A stretch of 64,000 bases of DNA from Desulfobacterales bacterium (GTDB taxonomy: Bacteria > Desulfobacterota > Desulfobacteria > Desulfobacterales > UBA5852): the NCBI GenBank assembly GCA_963674755.2, contig CAXXVS010000002.1:672001-736000 (forward strand), written 5' to 3'. Each line of letters opens with the position of its first letter. Within the stretch, counting starts at the first letter, position 1. The notes below the pieces were generated by a model. The model saw only the letters and a program-made list of their open reading frames with translations. It made no database searches and was not told the DNA's origin. A program made the position numbers and the translations under genes. This document shows, piece after piece, positions 1 to 10,169 of the stretch.

Positions 1-77
1 CGGCAACCGCCCAATGTCTGTGCAAGCGCCTCACGCCCACATAGGAAACGGGGTGGAACTTGTGAAGCGATCGGATC

Positions 78-404
78 CTAGGGGATGCACGGCACGATAT
101 CGCACTCGAGTTTGTTGACCAGGTCGATGGAAGTGTCCAGGGCAGCATTGATTTTGAAAAGCTGGATTTTAAGGGTCTTCAGGCTGGCCGGGGTCGACTT
201 GATGGCCGCCTCGCCGGCCAGCCAGTCTTGCAGGCCCTTGGCCTTGCCGCTCAGTTCGTTCAGCCGTTCGGCAAAGGCTCCCACCTCTGTAGCCCACTGG
301 GCCCGTTCTTCGGCCGGGAATTCGATCGGGGTGCCGTTCAATCCGTCGACCAGTTTTTCGATGCCATACTCTTTCGGATCGGCAATGATTTCATATTCCG
401 TCAT
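78..404 (-). CDS. hypothetical protein (~108 aa, helical)
   Basis: ORF with strong RBS (AAGGGAGG) before ATG at 404; no recognisable motif. Confidence 0.6.
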   Translation of the reverse strand: MTEYEIIADPKEYGIEKLVDGLNGTPIEFPAEERAQWATEVGAFAERLNELSGKAKGLQDWLAGEAAIKSTPASLKTLKIQLFKINAALDTSIDLVNKLECDIVPCIP

Positions 405-537
405 CTTTTTTCCTCCCTTGTGAGTGTTGCTAAAATCATCCTGCGCATCTTTCGGAAGCTTGTGTAAGCTAACACATGATGGACCGCCTGTCATGGCCCC
501 CGGGATGCGAATATTGCCGCCACGGTTGAATGAATCT

Positions 538-1671
538 TCATTCATCCGATTCCGGCAGGGCCGGTCTTGCGGGCGTCAACGACTTCTCTTCGCGCCCGAG
601 GGAAGCGTCGGGCGGTCCGGTTGCCGGCAGTATATCCTGGAAAGCGATGCCGTAGATATCCCAGATGGTGGTGAATAGCGCCGCCACGATGGGGCCGATG
701 ATAAACCCCACGAAGCCAAACATCATGATGCCGCCCAGGGTGCCGAAAAAAATCAGCAGTTCGTGCATCTGGGTGTCCTTGCCCACCAGCTTGGGGCGCA
801 GGAAATTGTCGATGCTGCCCACCGCCGCCCCGCAGAACACGGCCAGGCCGATGGCCTGGGGCCAGAGCCCCTTGGCGCCCAGAATGATCGCGGCCGGGAC
901 CCAGACCAGGGCGGTGCCGATGCCCGGCAGGACGGACAACAACACCATGATCACGCCCCAGAAGACGGCGCTGGGGATGCCCACCACCGCGAAGGCGATC
1001 CCGGCCAGCCCCCCCTGGAGCAGTCCGATCACCGCCGTTCCCTTGAGGGTGGCCCGGGCCACGGAAGTAAAGCGGTCCAGCATGCGCCGCTCGTCCGCGT
1101 CCTCCAGGGGCAGGTAGTAGAGAATCTTCTGGATCAGTTTTTCACCGTCCATCAAAAAAAAGAACATGGTGTAGAGCATGACCAGGGTCATGAACAGGAA
1201 GTTGACCGTACCCAGGGTGACCGCCTGGAGGTTTTCGATGAGAAAACTGCTGATTTTGCCCACCATTTCGCCGGTCTTCTGGAAGATCAGCTCCCGGTAG
1301 GGCAGGAGCTGTTCATAGAACGGGAGGGCCTGCAGCTTGGAGAACAGGGTGGCCGGTGAAGTGACTTGCTCCTGAACCCAGGGTTTCACCGAATCCCCCA
1401 CCTTGATGGCCTGGGTGGTGACGACCCCCATCATTCCGGCCAGGGGCAGTAAGACGAAAAGGATAATGACCAGCAGGGTGGCCAGGGAGGCCAGGGCGCG
1501 TCGGCCGCCGAACCAGCCTGTCAGGCGGCGGTAGAAGGGCGCCACCAGGGCGCTGAACAGTCCGGCCAGGAAGATCGCCATCAGAAAAGACCGGATCATG
1601 GACAAAAAGACCGCGGAGATGAAAATCACCACGAGGAGCAGGACGGATTTGTTCAGGATACTGTGCGGCAT
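538..1671 (-). CDS. AI-2E family transporter
   Basis: Multi-TM protein with FFFLMDG, IDNFLRPKLVG and GGIMMFGFVGFIIGP family motifs. Confidence 0.92.
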   Translation of the reverse strand: MPHSILNKSVLLLVVIFISAVFLSMIRSFLMAIFLAGLFSALVAPFYRRLTGWFGGRRALASLATLLVIILFVLLPLAGMMGVVTTQAIKVGDSVKPWVQEQVTSPATLFSKLQALPFYEQLLPYRELIFQKTGEMVGKISSFLIENLQAVTLGTVNFLFMTLVMLYTMFFFLMDGEKLIQKILYYLPLEDADERRMLDRFTSVARATLKGTAVIGLLQGGLAGIAFAVVGIPSAVFWGVIMVLLSVLPGIGTALVWVPAAIILGAKGLWPQAIGLAVFCGAAVGSIDNFLRPKLVGKDTQMHELLIFFGTLGGIMMFGFVGFIIGPIVAALFTTIWDIYGIAFQDILPATGPPDASLGREEKSLTPARPALPESDE

Positions 1672-1840
1672 CGTGTGGAATCCTTCGTGGGGTTTGCAAG
1701 ATATGGCCTAATCGCGTCGCCGTGCGGCCCGATATCATGGGGAGCACCCATGGGCGTGTTGCCCGAGCCCTTCAGACCGTGTCCGGGAGGGTATGGTTGC
1801 CCAAGTCGGCCGGATGCGATAGTAACAGCAAAATTGAAAA

Positions 1841-2611
1841 ATGGAAATGACACAGATCGAGCACGAAACCGGAAAATCCATCGCGCGCATCTCCGCCCCA
1901 CAGGATCAGCGCCCCAAAATGCCGAAATGCGATCCCTTTATCTATGCCGTACATCCCGCCCGCCTGCCCCCCGCTTTGCATGAGCGCTGGGGAGACGATG
2001 CCTGGCGGCCGGTGCCGGCCCTGTCCGTGGCGCATTTTCGACCGGAAAGCAGCGGCCACCGGCCCCGTACCCAGGCCAAGCTGGTGTGGGACGCATCCTG
2101 TATCTACGGCATCTTCAGGGTAGCGGACCGCTTCATCCGTTGCGTGCACACCGCTTTCCAGGCCCCGGTCTGCCAAGACAGTTGTGTGGAGTTTTTCGTG
2201 CAGCCCAGTCCGGACAAGGGCTACTTCAACTTCGAATTCAACTGCGGCGGAGCGCTGCTGGCTTCCTACATCACGGATTACAGGCGTACGTCGGACGGGT
2301 TTGCGGGCTGGCAGCCGCTGACCCCGGAGGAGGGAGGCCGCATCGCGGTGCAGTCCACCCTTGGGCCCGTGGTGGAACCGGAAATTACCGAAGCCCGGAC
2401 CTGGCAGCTTGCTTTCCGGATACCCCTGGATGTCATGTCCCATTACACCGGTCCTCTATGTGTGGCGGCCGGCGATGTCTGGCGGGCCAATTTCTACAAG
2501 TGCGGCGATGCGACCTCCCATCCCCACTGGGCGGCCTGGCATCCGGTGGACGCCCTGAATTTTCACCTGCCGCACTGCTTCGGGCGGCTGATGTTCGAGG
2601 GCGGGCCTTGA
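1841..2611 (+). CDS. carbohydrate-binding family 9-like (DOMON-like) protein
   Basis: DSCVEFF, YFNFEFNCGG, WRANFYKCGD and NFHLP motifs; true start may be downstream (1919). Confidence 0.8.
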   Translation: MEMTQIEHETGKSIARISAPQDQRPKMPKCDPFIYAVHPARLPPALHERWGDDAWRPVPALSVAHFRPESSGHRPRTQAKLVWDASCIYGIFRVADRFIRCVHTAFQAPVCQDSCVEFFVQPSPDKGYFNFEFNCGGALLASYITDYRRTSDGFAGWQPLTPEEGGRIAVQSTLGPVVEPEITEARTWQLAFRIPLDVMSHYTGPLCVAAGDVWRANFYKCGDATSHPHWAAWHPVDALNFHLPHCFGRLMFEGGP

Positions 2612-2721
2612 CATCATAAGGGCCTGGGCCGGCAGGACACCGTGAAAAGAGAATATGTAGGAACAGCAGGGTCTTCGAAATCGCGATCGAAATCGAAGCA
2701 TCACAAGCGCTCGGAAAGACA

Positions 2722-4542
2722 ATGCCAATGACACCGCTTCAATTCCTTCAGACGGTTTTCGGCTACGATTCCTTTCGCGAACATCAGGAGGAGGTGATCG
2801 ATCACCTGCTGACCGGTTCGGACGCCTTCGTGCTCATGCCCACGGGCAGCGGCAAATCCCTATGCTACCAGATCCCGTCGATGGTCCGCGATGGGGTAGG
2901 GGTGGTGATCTCGCCCCTGATCGCCCTGATGCACGACCAGGTCACGGCCCTGCGGGAAAACGGTGTGCGGGCCGATTGCCTGAACTCCAGCCTGCCGCCG
3001 CGGGAGGCCGCCCAGGTGGAGGCCCGGGTGCGCCAGGGCACCACCGATATCCTCTACGTGGCTCCCGAAAGGCTGCTGACGCCCCGCTGCCTGCGGCTGC
3101 TGGGCGAGACAACCGTGGCCCTGTTCGCCATCGACGAGGCCCACTGCGTCTCCCAGTGGGGCCACGACTTCCGGCCGGAGTATCTCAGGATCGTCGAGGT
3201 CACGCGTCGTTTCCCGGGCGTGCCCCGCATCGCGCTTACCGCCACCGCCGATGCGGTCACCCGGCGGGAGATCGTGGCGAAGTTGGATCTGGAGGCGGCC
3301 CGCGCCTTTATCTCCAGCTTCGACCGCCCCAATATCTGCTACCGGGTGCGTTTGAAGGACAACGGCAAGCGCCAGCTTTTGCGGTTCATCCGTGAGGCGC
3401 ATCCCAACGAGACCGGCATCGTCTACTGCCGCAGCCGCAAGCGCGTAGAGGAGATCGCCGCCTGGCTCAACCGGGAAGGGATCGCGGCCGTGGCCTATCA
3501 TGCCGGTCTGCCGGCGGAAGAGCGTACCACGGCCCAGCAGCGCTTCGCCCGGGAGGAGGCCCTCGTGGTCGTGGCCACCATCGCCTTCGGCCTGGGGATC
3601 GACCGGCCCGACGTGCGCTTCGTGGCCCATTTCGACGTACCCATGAGCATGGAGGCCTACTACCAGGAGACCGGCCGGGCCGGCCGGGACGGCGAACCGG
3701 CCGAGGCCCTCATGCTCTACTCCCTGGCCGACGTGATCGCCGCCCGCCAGATGCTGCTGCGCTCCGAAGGGGACGACACTTTCAAGTTCATCCAGCAGCG
3801 CAAGTTGGACGCCCTCCTGGGGTATTGCGAAACCACCGCCTGCCGCCGCCAGGTGCTGTTGCGCTATTTCGGTGAAACCCGGGATGAGGCCTGCGGCAAC
3901 TGCGGCACTTGCAAGGACGGCGACATGAAGATCTGGGACGGCACGGTAGCCGCCCAGAAGGCCCTTTCCGCGGTCTATCGCACCGGGCAGCGTTTCGGGG
4001 CCCAGTATCTCATCAACGTGCTGCTGGGCCAGACCGATGAGCGTATGCAGCGCTTCGGACACGACCGGATCAAGACCTTCGGCGTGGGCCAGGACCTATC
4101 CGCCAAGCAGTGGCGTTCGGTCTTCCGCCAGTTGATCGCTCTGGGATATCTGACGGTGGAGATGGATCGTCGGGCCGGTTTCGTCCTCACGGAGAAAAGC
4201 CGGCCGGTGCTGCGGGGCCAAGAAACCGTCCCATTGCGGGAAGATCCCGCCCCTCCGCGACGGAGCCCCCGCAGCAGGCCCGGGGTCGCCGAGCTGATGG
4301 AAGACACCCCGGCGGCCGGCCTCTGGGAGCATCTCCGTGCCCTGCGGCGCGAGATCGCCCAGGCGCATGAAGTGCCGGCCTACGTCATCTTCCACGACAA
4401 GACCCTCAAGGAGATGGCCCTGTTGCGCCCCACCACCCGCGAGGCTTTGCTGGCGGTCACCGGGGTAGGGGAGACCAAAGCCGACCGCTACGGGGACCAG
4501 TTCATCGACGCCATCATGGAATGGGAAACCCGGGCGGGTTGA
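2722..4542 (+). CDS. recQ: ATP-dependent DNA helicase RecQ
   Basis: MPTGSGKSLCYQ, DEAHCVSQWGHDFRPEY, QETGRAGRDG, RQC Cys cluster, C-terminal HRDC domain. Confidence 0.97.
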   Translation: MPMTPLQFLQTVFGYDSFREHQEEVIDHLLTGSDAFVLMPTGSGKSLCYQIPSMVRDGVGVVISPLIALMHDQVTALRENGVRADCLNSSLPPREAAQVEARVRQGTTDILYVAPERLLTPRCLRLLGETTVALFAIDEAHCVSQWGHDFRPEYLRIVEVTRRFPGVPRIALTATADAVTRREIVAKLDLEAARAFISSFDRPNICYRVRLKDNGKRQLLRFIREAHPNETGIVYCRSRKRVEEIAAWLNREGIAAVAYHAGLPAEERTTAQQRFAREEALVVVATIAFGLGIDRPDVRFVAHFDVPMSMEAYYQETGRAGRDGEPAEALMLYSLADVIAARQMLLRSEGDDTFKFIQQRKLDALLGYCETTACRRQVLLRYFGETRDEACGNCGTCKDGDMKIWDGTVAAQKALSAVYRTGQRFGAQYLINVLLGQTDERMQRFGHDRIKTFGVGQDLSAKQWRSVFRQLIALGYLTVEMDRRAGFVLTEKSRPVLRGQETVPLREDPAPPRRSPRSRPGVAELMEDTPAAGLWEHLRALRREIAQAHEVPAYVIFHDKTLKEMALLRPTTREALLAVTGVGETKADRYGDQFIDAIMEWETRAG

Positions 4543-4770
4543 AAACACGGCCGGCGCTGCCGGCTGTCCCCATCAAGCGACTTCTCCATCATGGTCCGCC
4601 AATCCGCTATAGGCGCGCCGCAGGCCGGCTCCTTTCGTCATACAGGTGATAATCCTCCGGTATTGTTGACAAATGCCGAATTCCGTGCCAAAAATTAAAA
4701 AACACGCTTGGTGCCGCGCATTCCATCGGCAGGCCCTACGTTCCGGAAATCACCGACAACGAGGTCAACC

Positions 4771-5085
4771 ATGGCTCAACGCAACACGCTTCCCCATGCT
4801 TCGCGATCCCGCAACATCCCCAAAGACAGCCGTCGTTTCCATCGCATCCACTGCTCCGAAGAGACCCATTTCATCACCCGCCAGCGGCTGCACGAAGGGG
4901 TGATCAAAAATTTCAGTCGGGGCGGCACCTACATCGAAGTGGATGGATCGTTCTTTGCCGGTCAGGAAATCACCGTGGCCGGGCCTTTCGCAGACGGCTG
5001 GAAGGAATGCAAGCAGAGGGGCGCCATCGTGCGCTGCGACGGGAGAGGTATCGGTATCAAGTTCGCTTCGCCGGCGGCGGCCTGA
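4771..5085 (+). CDS. PilZ domain protein
   Basis: RxxxR (RRFHR) and NxSxGG (NFSRGG) motifs, GIGIKF end; GAGG RBS before ATG 4771. Confidence 0.8.
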   Translation: MAQRNTLPHASRSRNIPKDSRRFHRIHCSEETHFITRQRLHEGVIKNFSRGGTYIEVDGSFFAGQEITVAGPFADGWKECKQRGAIVRCDGRGIGIKFASPAAA

Positions 5086-5216
5086 GCCTTCCATGGGGCT
5101 TCCCAGGGGTATTCTTTCCGACGCATTAGGGCTTAAGAACGCTGTAAATCCTTAAAACGACGTTCCCGATACGGATCGCGTCTTCGATGCCAATGGGGTG
5201 AGTGCCAACGCGTCCA

Positions 5217-7343
5217 CTAGCGTCGTAAAATGCGCGTCGCGTTGGCCACGGCCAGCAGGGCCGTTCCCATATCCGCAAACACCGCCTCCCACATGGTGGC
5301 CATTCCGAAAGCCCCGAAAGCGATAAAAACGCCCTTCACCGCCAAGGCCAGGACGATGTTCTGCCATACAATGGCCCGGGTCTGTTTGGCGATGGCTACC
5401 GCTTCGGCCATTTTGACGGGGGTGTCCTTCATCAGAACCACATCGGCGGTTTCAACGGCGGCATCGCTGCCTAGGGCGCCCATGGCCAGGCCCACGTCGG
5501 CCCGGGCGATGACCGGCGCGTCGTTGATGCCGTCGCCCACAAAGGCGATCTTGCCATGGGGGTGGGATTGCGCGAAGTGTTCCAGGGCGGCCACCTTGTC
5601 TTCCGGCAGGAGGTCGGCCTGGAAGCTGTCCAGCGACAGCGTGTCGGCCACGGCCCGGGCGGCGCAGGCGTTGTCGCCGGTGAGCATGGCGATATGCGCG
5701 ACGCCCTGGTCGCGCAGGGCCTGCACGGCTTGACGGGCATCCGGCCGGATTTGATCGCCAATGGTGATGAAGCCGGCGTAGCGTCCGTCCACGACGATAT
5801 GGGCCACCGTATTGTCGAAGGTGCAGCGGTCGTGGGCCACGGATTCGCGGTGCAGGAGATGATCGTTGCCCACCAGAATATCCCGGTCCTTATAGCGGGC
5901 CGCCACGCCCTGTCCGGCAAGGTCGCGATGTCCGACGATTTGGGAGGAGTCCAATCGGCCGCCCCGCTTTTCGAAGGCCGTCACGATGGCGGCGGCAATA
6001 GGGTGGTCCGAGTGGGTTTCGGCCGCCGCCGCGAATTCCAATAGCGCTTCTTCGGAAACACCGTTGCCGCTGACCACGTCAGCGACTTCGAAGACCCCCC
6101 GGGTGAGGGTGCCGGTCTTGTCGAAGACTACCGTCTTGACCGCCGCCAGGACGTCGATATAGGTCGAGCCCTTCACCAGGATGCCCTTGCGCGAGGCCTT
6201 GCCGATACCGCCGAAGTAGCCCAGGGGGATGCTGATCACCAGAGCGCAGGGGCAGGAGATCACCAGGAGCACCAGGGCCCGGTAGATCCAGTCGCGAAAG
6301 GCATCACCCATCAGAAGCGGCGGAAGAAAAGCGACGGCCGCAGCGATGAGCACCACGGCGGGAGTGTAATAGCGGGCAAAGGTGGTGACGAATTTCTCGG
6401 TGCGCGCCTTGCGGGCGCTGGCGTTCTCCACCAGATTCATGATTCGGGCGATGGAGGATTCCCTGAAGGGACGCGTCACCGCGACGGTCAGGGCGCCGTT
6501 CAGGCAGATCTGGCCGGCCATGACCGCATCGCCGGTGCGGACCGATACGGGCACGGACTCGCCGGTCAGGGCCGCGGTGTCGATCTGGGAGCGACCTTCC
6601 AGCACTTGGCCGTCGAGGGGGATCTTCTGGCCCGGCTTGACCACGATGGTATCCCCCACCTGGACGGTTTCCGGAGCCACCGTGCGCAGCCCTTCCAGGG
6701 TCTTTACGTGAGCCTGGTCGGGCTTGGCGGCCAACAGGGCCCGGATCGAGCGGCGCGAATGGGAGACAGCCCGGTCCTGCAACAATTCGCCCACCTTGAA
6801 GAAGATCATGACCCCCACGGCTTCGGCATAGGCCTGGATGGCGATGGCCCCGCCCGTGGCGATCACCATCAGGACATTCTCGTCGAAGAAATCCCCCCGT
6901 TTGACGGTCCGCCAGGCGCCTGACAAAACATTGCCGCCCGCCATGAGATAGGCGGCCAAAACGACGAGCAATTCCCACGAAAGAGGGCCGGTGTGGCCCA
7001 GGCGGTCGCCGTAAACGAGAATCCATATGAAAAGAACGCCCGCCGCGGTCAGGAGAAAGCCTTCTTTTTTGCGATTGAGGCCCGCGGCACCATCGGCGGG
7101 AGCCGTCGTGGGCGCTGACGCGTCCGGGTCCACCAATTCCACATCCGGATCGATGGCGTGGGCGGCCTGCCGCACAGTTTCCGGGTCGTCGGCCCTTACC
7201 AGAAGGATTTGGTTGACGAAGTCCACCGCAGCGTCTTCCACGCCGGCGGTTTTTTTGAGACCGTCTTCGAGCTTGGCCGCACAGGCCGCGCAGTCGAGGT
7301 TTTTCAGGTGGAATTTTGTCAACGGGGGGGCTGCGGTCGTCAT
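5217..7343 (-). CDS. cadA: heavy-metal translocating P1B-type ATPase (CadA/ZntA-like)
   Basis: N-terminal CAAC HMA domain, TGES, CPC, DKTGTLT, HP, GDGINDAP. Confidence 0.93.
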   Translation of the reverse strand: MTTAAPPLTKFHLKNLDCAACAAKLEDGLKKTAGVEDAAVDFVNQILLVRADDPETVRQAAHAIDPDVELVDPDASAPTTAPADGAAGLNRKKEGFLLTAAGVLFIWILVYGDRLGHTGPLSWELLVVLAAYLMAGGNVLSGAWRTVKRGDFFDENVLMVIATGGAIAIQAYAEAVGVMIFFKVGELLQDRAVSHSRRSIRALLAAKPDQAHVKTLEGLRTVAPETVQVGDTIVVKPGQKIPLDGQVLEGRSQIDTAALTGESVPVSVRTGDAVMAGQICLNGALTVAVTRPFRESSIARIMNLVENASARKARTEKFVTTFARYYTPAVVLIAAAVAFLPPLLMGDAFRDWIYRALVLLVISCPCALVISIPLGYFGGIGKASRKGILVKGSTYIDVLAAVKTVVFDKTGTLTRGVFEVADVVSGNGVSEEALLEFAAAAETHSDHPIAAAIVTAFEKRGGRLDSSQIVGHRDLAGQGVAARYKDRDILVGNDHLLHRESVAHDRCTFDNTVAHIVVDGRYAGFITIGDQIRPDARQAVQALRDQGVAHIAMLTGDNACAARAVADTLSLDSFQADLLPEDKVAALEHFAQSHPHGKIAFVGDGINDAPVIARADVGLAMGALGSDAAVETADVVLMKDTPVKMAEAVAIAKQTRAIVWQNIVLALAVKGVFIAFGAFGMATMWEAVFADMGTALLAVANATRILRR

Positions 7344-7362
7344 CGTCGCTCCTGCATTCGGT

Positions 7363-7749
7363 TCAGGCTTCCAGAACGTGTTCCATTCCGAGATTGAGCA
7401 GGTTGCGGATGTGTTCGTCGTCCAGGGCGTAGTAGATCACCTTGCCCTCCCGACGGGCTTTGATCACCCGGGCCTGCTTGAGGTTTTTCAATTGGTGGGA
7501 GACCGCCGGCTGCTTCATCCGGAGCAGGGCGCAGAGGTCGCAGACGCACATCTCCGATTCGCTCAGGGCCCACAGAATCCCGATGCGCGTGCCGTCGCCG
7601 AACAGTTTGAAAAGGTCCGCAAGCGCATAGAGCCGGACCGGATCGGGCATGGCCTGCCGCACAGCCCGAATGAGGTTGTGATGGATGCCTTTGACGGCGC
7701 AGGTCTCGATGGCCTCCCGGGCCGGGGAATGTTGGGTGGTTTCGCTCAT
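7363..7749 (-). CDS. ArsR/SmtB family metalloregulator (CadC-like)
   Basis: EMCVCDL, VSHQLKNL, YYALDDEH; directly upstream of the P1B ATPase. Confidence 0.92.
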   Translation of the reverse strand: MSETTQHSPAREAIETCAVKGIHHNLIRAVRQAMPDPVRLYALADLFKLFGDGTRIGILWALSESEMCVCDLCALLRMKQPAVSHQLKNLKQARVIKARREGKVIYYALDDEHIRNLLNLGMEHVLEA

Positions 7750-7778
7750 AGGGCCCCTGTCTGTGAAAGGTAAAAAAT

Positions 7779-7818
7779 TAATATATGAACATATATTAAT
7801 ATGAGTAGGCGGTGTCAA
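7779..7818 (-). promoter_or_regulatory. sigma70-type promoter overlapping an SmtB/CadC-like operator
   Basis: TTGACA (7818-7813), 17 nt, TATATG; imperfect inverted repeat ATATGAACA-TA-TATTAATAT over the -10 region. Confidence 0.6.
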
Positions 7819-7944
7819 GCAAATTAGCGCCTGACGTGGAAAATCGATCGGTTGCCGTTAGGCGGAAGGGGCCAGGCTTGAAAGGGCCGCAAACACCCCG
7901 GTGCGCAAGTTTAGGCTGGAGTTGATCGGGGGAAAAGAGGCCGC

Positions 7945-8709
7945 TTAGCCCAGGATCAGACGCTGGGGATCGCAGACGTCCCGCAGCACGCGCAGTTCTT
8001 CGGCCGAAGGGGGCGCCAGGGGTACGCAGCGCGTTGCGTCAATGCTAAAGCCCGTGTTGGCAACCACATCGGCCGCCGCTACGCCGGGATAGAGGGCTTG
8101 CAGAAACATGCGGTGGCTCTGGGGATCGAACCCCATGACGGCCAGATTGGTAATGACCATTGCGGGGCCGCCGCGGCAGAGGCCTTGTTTGTGACGGGAA
8201 TCGCCGCCATCGAGCCACCCGGGGCTGGTCAGGTAGTCCAGCCGGGAGACGAACTTGCGCTTTTCGTGCTGCATGAAAATGATGGTGCGGTCCACGAAGG
8301 AGGCCACGTCGGCGGCACCTCCGCTGCCGGAAAAGCGTACCTTGGGGCGCGCATAGTCTCCGATCACGGTGGAGTTCAGGTTGCCGTAGGGGTCGATCTG
8401 GGCGGCCCCCAGGATGCCCACCACGCGCTTTCCGGTGGTGCGGTTCTGCATGGTCGCGAAACTGTCCAGCAGGCTGCCGTTGACGGCCGTGCGATACATG
8501 ACGCGCGGGTCTCCCACGGCCAGGGGGAGTTCCGCCAGGCGGGAGTCGATGGCCCCGGTCTCAAAGAAGATGACGCTTTCCGGCGCGCTGATGTGCTTGG
8601 CCGCCATGGCGGCCAGCATGGAAATGCCGGTGCCGCAGAATACGATGTCGTCGTTGCGGATGGTCCGCGAGGCCGCGATGGCCATCATTTCCTTGGGGGT
8701 GTAGTTCAT
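7945..8709 (-). CDS. family I CoA-transferase, beta subunit (GctB-like)
   Basis: FETG catalytic Glu context, GAAQIDPYGNLNST, GSGGAADV, LDYLTSPG. Confidence 0.88.
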   Translation of the reverse strand: MNYTPKEMMAIAASRTIRNDDIVFCGTGISMLAAMAAKHISAPESVIFFETGAIDSRLAELPLAVGDPRVMYRTAVNGSLLDSFATMQNRTTGKRVVGILGAAQIDPYGNLNSTVIGDYARPKVRFSGSGGAADVASFVDRTIIFMQHEKRKFVSRLDYLTSPGWLDGGDSRHKQGLCRGGPAMVITNLAVMGFDPQSHRMFLQALYPGVAAADVVANTGFSIDATRCVPLAPPSAEELRVLRDVCDPQRLILG

Positions 8710-8723
8710 GGTCGTCTTATCTT

Positions 8724-9689
8724 TTAGCGCCGGTCCAGGTTGCGGGCATAGCCGGTTTCAGGGTTGGCCAGGATGGCCTCGAGCCCATCGGGAGCGGCCC
8801 GTTCGAGAAAGGCGGCGTGATCCGCCGTGCCCCGGATGTGGCTTTCGACATAATCCGCATAGGCGGCATCCTCGGCCGACAATTCGGCATAGTGTTTGAG
8901 AAAAACCGGATCGTAGTCGTAATGGCCGTAGCAGGCCGTGGGATAGGCTCCGTAGGGCACCGGCACCACGGCATCCACGATAAAGGGCGGGATGCAGTTC
9001 AAATCGGCGTTTTCGCGCAGGACTTCGGATGCCACGAGTTCCTCGCAGGTGATGATCACGTGGGCCGAAGCCTTGGCCTGCTCCACGTCCACGAAGGGCA
9101 GTCCTCGTATCCGGGCGGTTCCCTGGCGGTCGGCCTGCTGGACGTGGATGATGGCCACATCCGTGTGGATGGCCGGCACCAGCACCACCTTCCGGACATC
9201 GGTGTGGCCGGTGAAGGGGTTGTCCATGACGCACAATTTCTGGTCCGGGACCCGGGGCTCGGATTGGCGGTATTCCGGCGGGAAACCCCACTTGGCCACG
9301 ATGTCGCTGCCCAGTCCGGAGCGGGTCGGCAGGAAGGGGACGCCCATGGCGCCGGCCAGGAAGCGCAGGGACATCTGGTAGTTGGAATAGTCTTCCACCG
9401 CCAGGGTTCCCGCCTGAACCGCCTTCCGGAAGCGAAGACAGGTGGAGGCGAAACGGCCACTGCCGCCGTAGGCGATCTCCAGTCTTTGGACGCAGCCGCC
9501 CCCGATCAGCTCATCCACCCCCTGGCCGTTGGAATGGGCATAGAGATGAAGGCCTTGGCGGCCCTGGCGGATGATTTCGTAGACGGCGGCCATGGGGTTG
9601 CGGTTGATGGTGAAGCCGCCGATGGAGATGTGGCTGCCGTCCGTGACAAAGCGTTGGACAGCCTCCCTGAGGGACATGGTTTTGTCCAT
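8724..9689 (-). CDS. family I CoA-transferase, alpha subunit (GctA-like)
   Basis: GGFTINRNPMA, EDYSN..LRFLAGAMGVPFLP, IHVQQAD, PYGAYPT. Confidence 0.88.
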   Translation of the reverse strand: MDKTMSLREAVQRFVTDGSHISIGGFTINRNPMAAVYEIIRQGRQGLHLYAHSNGQGVDELIGGGCVQRLEIAYGGSGRFASTCLRFRKAVQAGTLAVEDYSNYQMSLRFLAGAMGVPFLPTRSGLGSDIVAKWGFPPEYRQSEPRVPDQKLCVMDNPFTGHTDVRKVVLVPAIHTDVAIIHVQQADRQGTARIRGLPFVDVEQAKASAHVIITCEELVASEVLRENADLNCIPPFIVDAVVPVPYGAYPTACYGHYDYDPVFLKHYAELSAEDAAYADYVESHIRGTADHAAFLERAAPDGLEAILANPETGYARNLDRR

Positions 9690-9876
9690 GGATGAGCGCC
9701 TCGCGTGCAAGTAATCCGCGCACCCTACCACTGCCGGCGCGCGGACTCAAGCGCGTTCAGCAATCAGGGCTGGTTGGAGACGTCCCTCTGGACGGCAGCG
9801 ACGTGACCGTCGATGCCGTTTTATGCCTTAAGTGAAGGGGATGGGCACGGATTGAAGCTTTAAAGGAAGGAACACC

Positions 9877-10017
9877 ATGGACATCAACCTGCCCGCCGAC
9901 TTCCCGGCCAAATATCACAAGGCCGTCCTTCGCGCCGCCGGCATGTGCACGGTCAAGCGCCACCTCGAAAACCCGCGCGCTTTCGATCTCAGGATCCGCA
10001 ACGGCCATCCGGATTAA
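9877..10017 (+). pseudogene. C-terminal fragment of an OsmC-family protein (46 aa)
   Basis: Translates as MDINLPADFPAKYHKAVLRAAGMCTVKRHLENP..., resembling the OsmC C-terminal half; N-terminal half absent. Confidence 0.6.
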
Positions 10018-10169
10018 CGCTTTCGATATAGCCCAAGCGCAAAAAGATGATCTTCCTTGCCGCAATATCAATCGGGGTGCGCGCTTCTATGGCGCCTGGC
10101 AGCGGGTCAACCATAAAATCCGGGAAACGGGCATCGAAGGGTCCACAGGAAGAGCACAATTCGCCCCCG

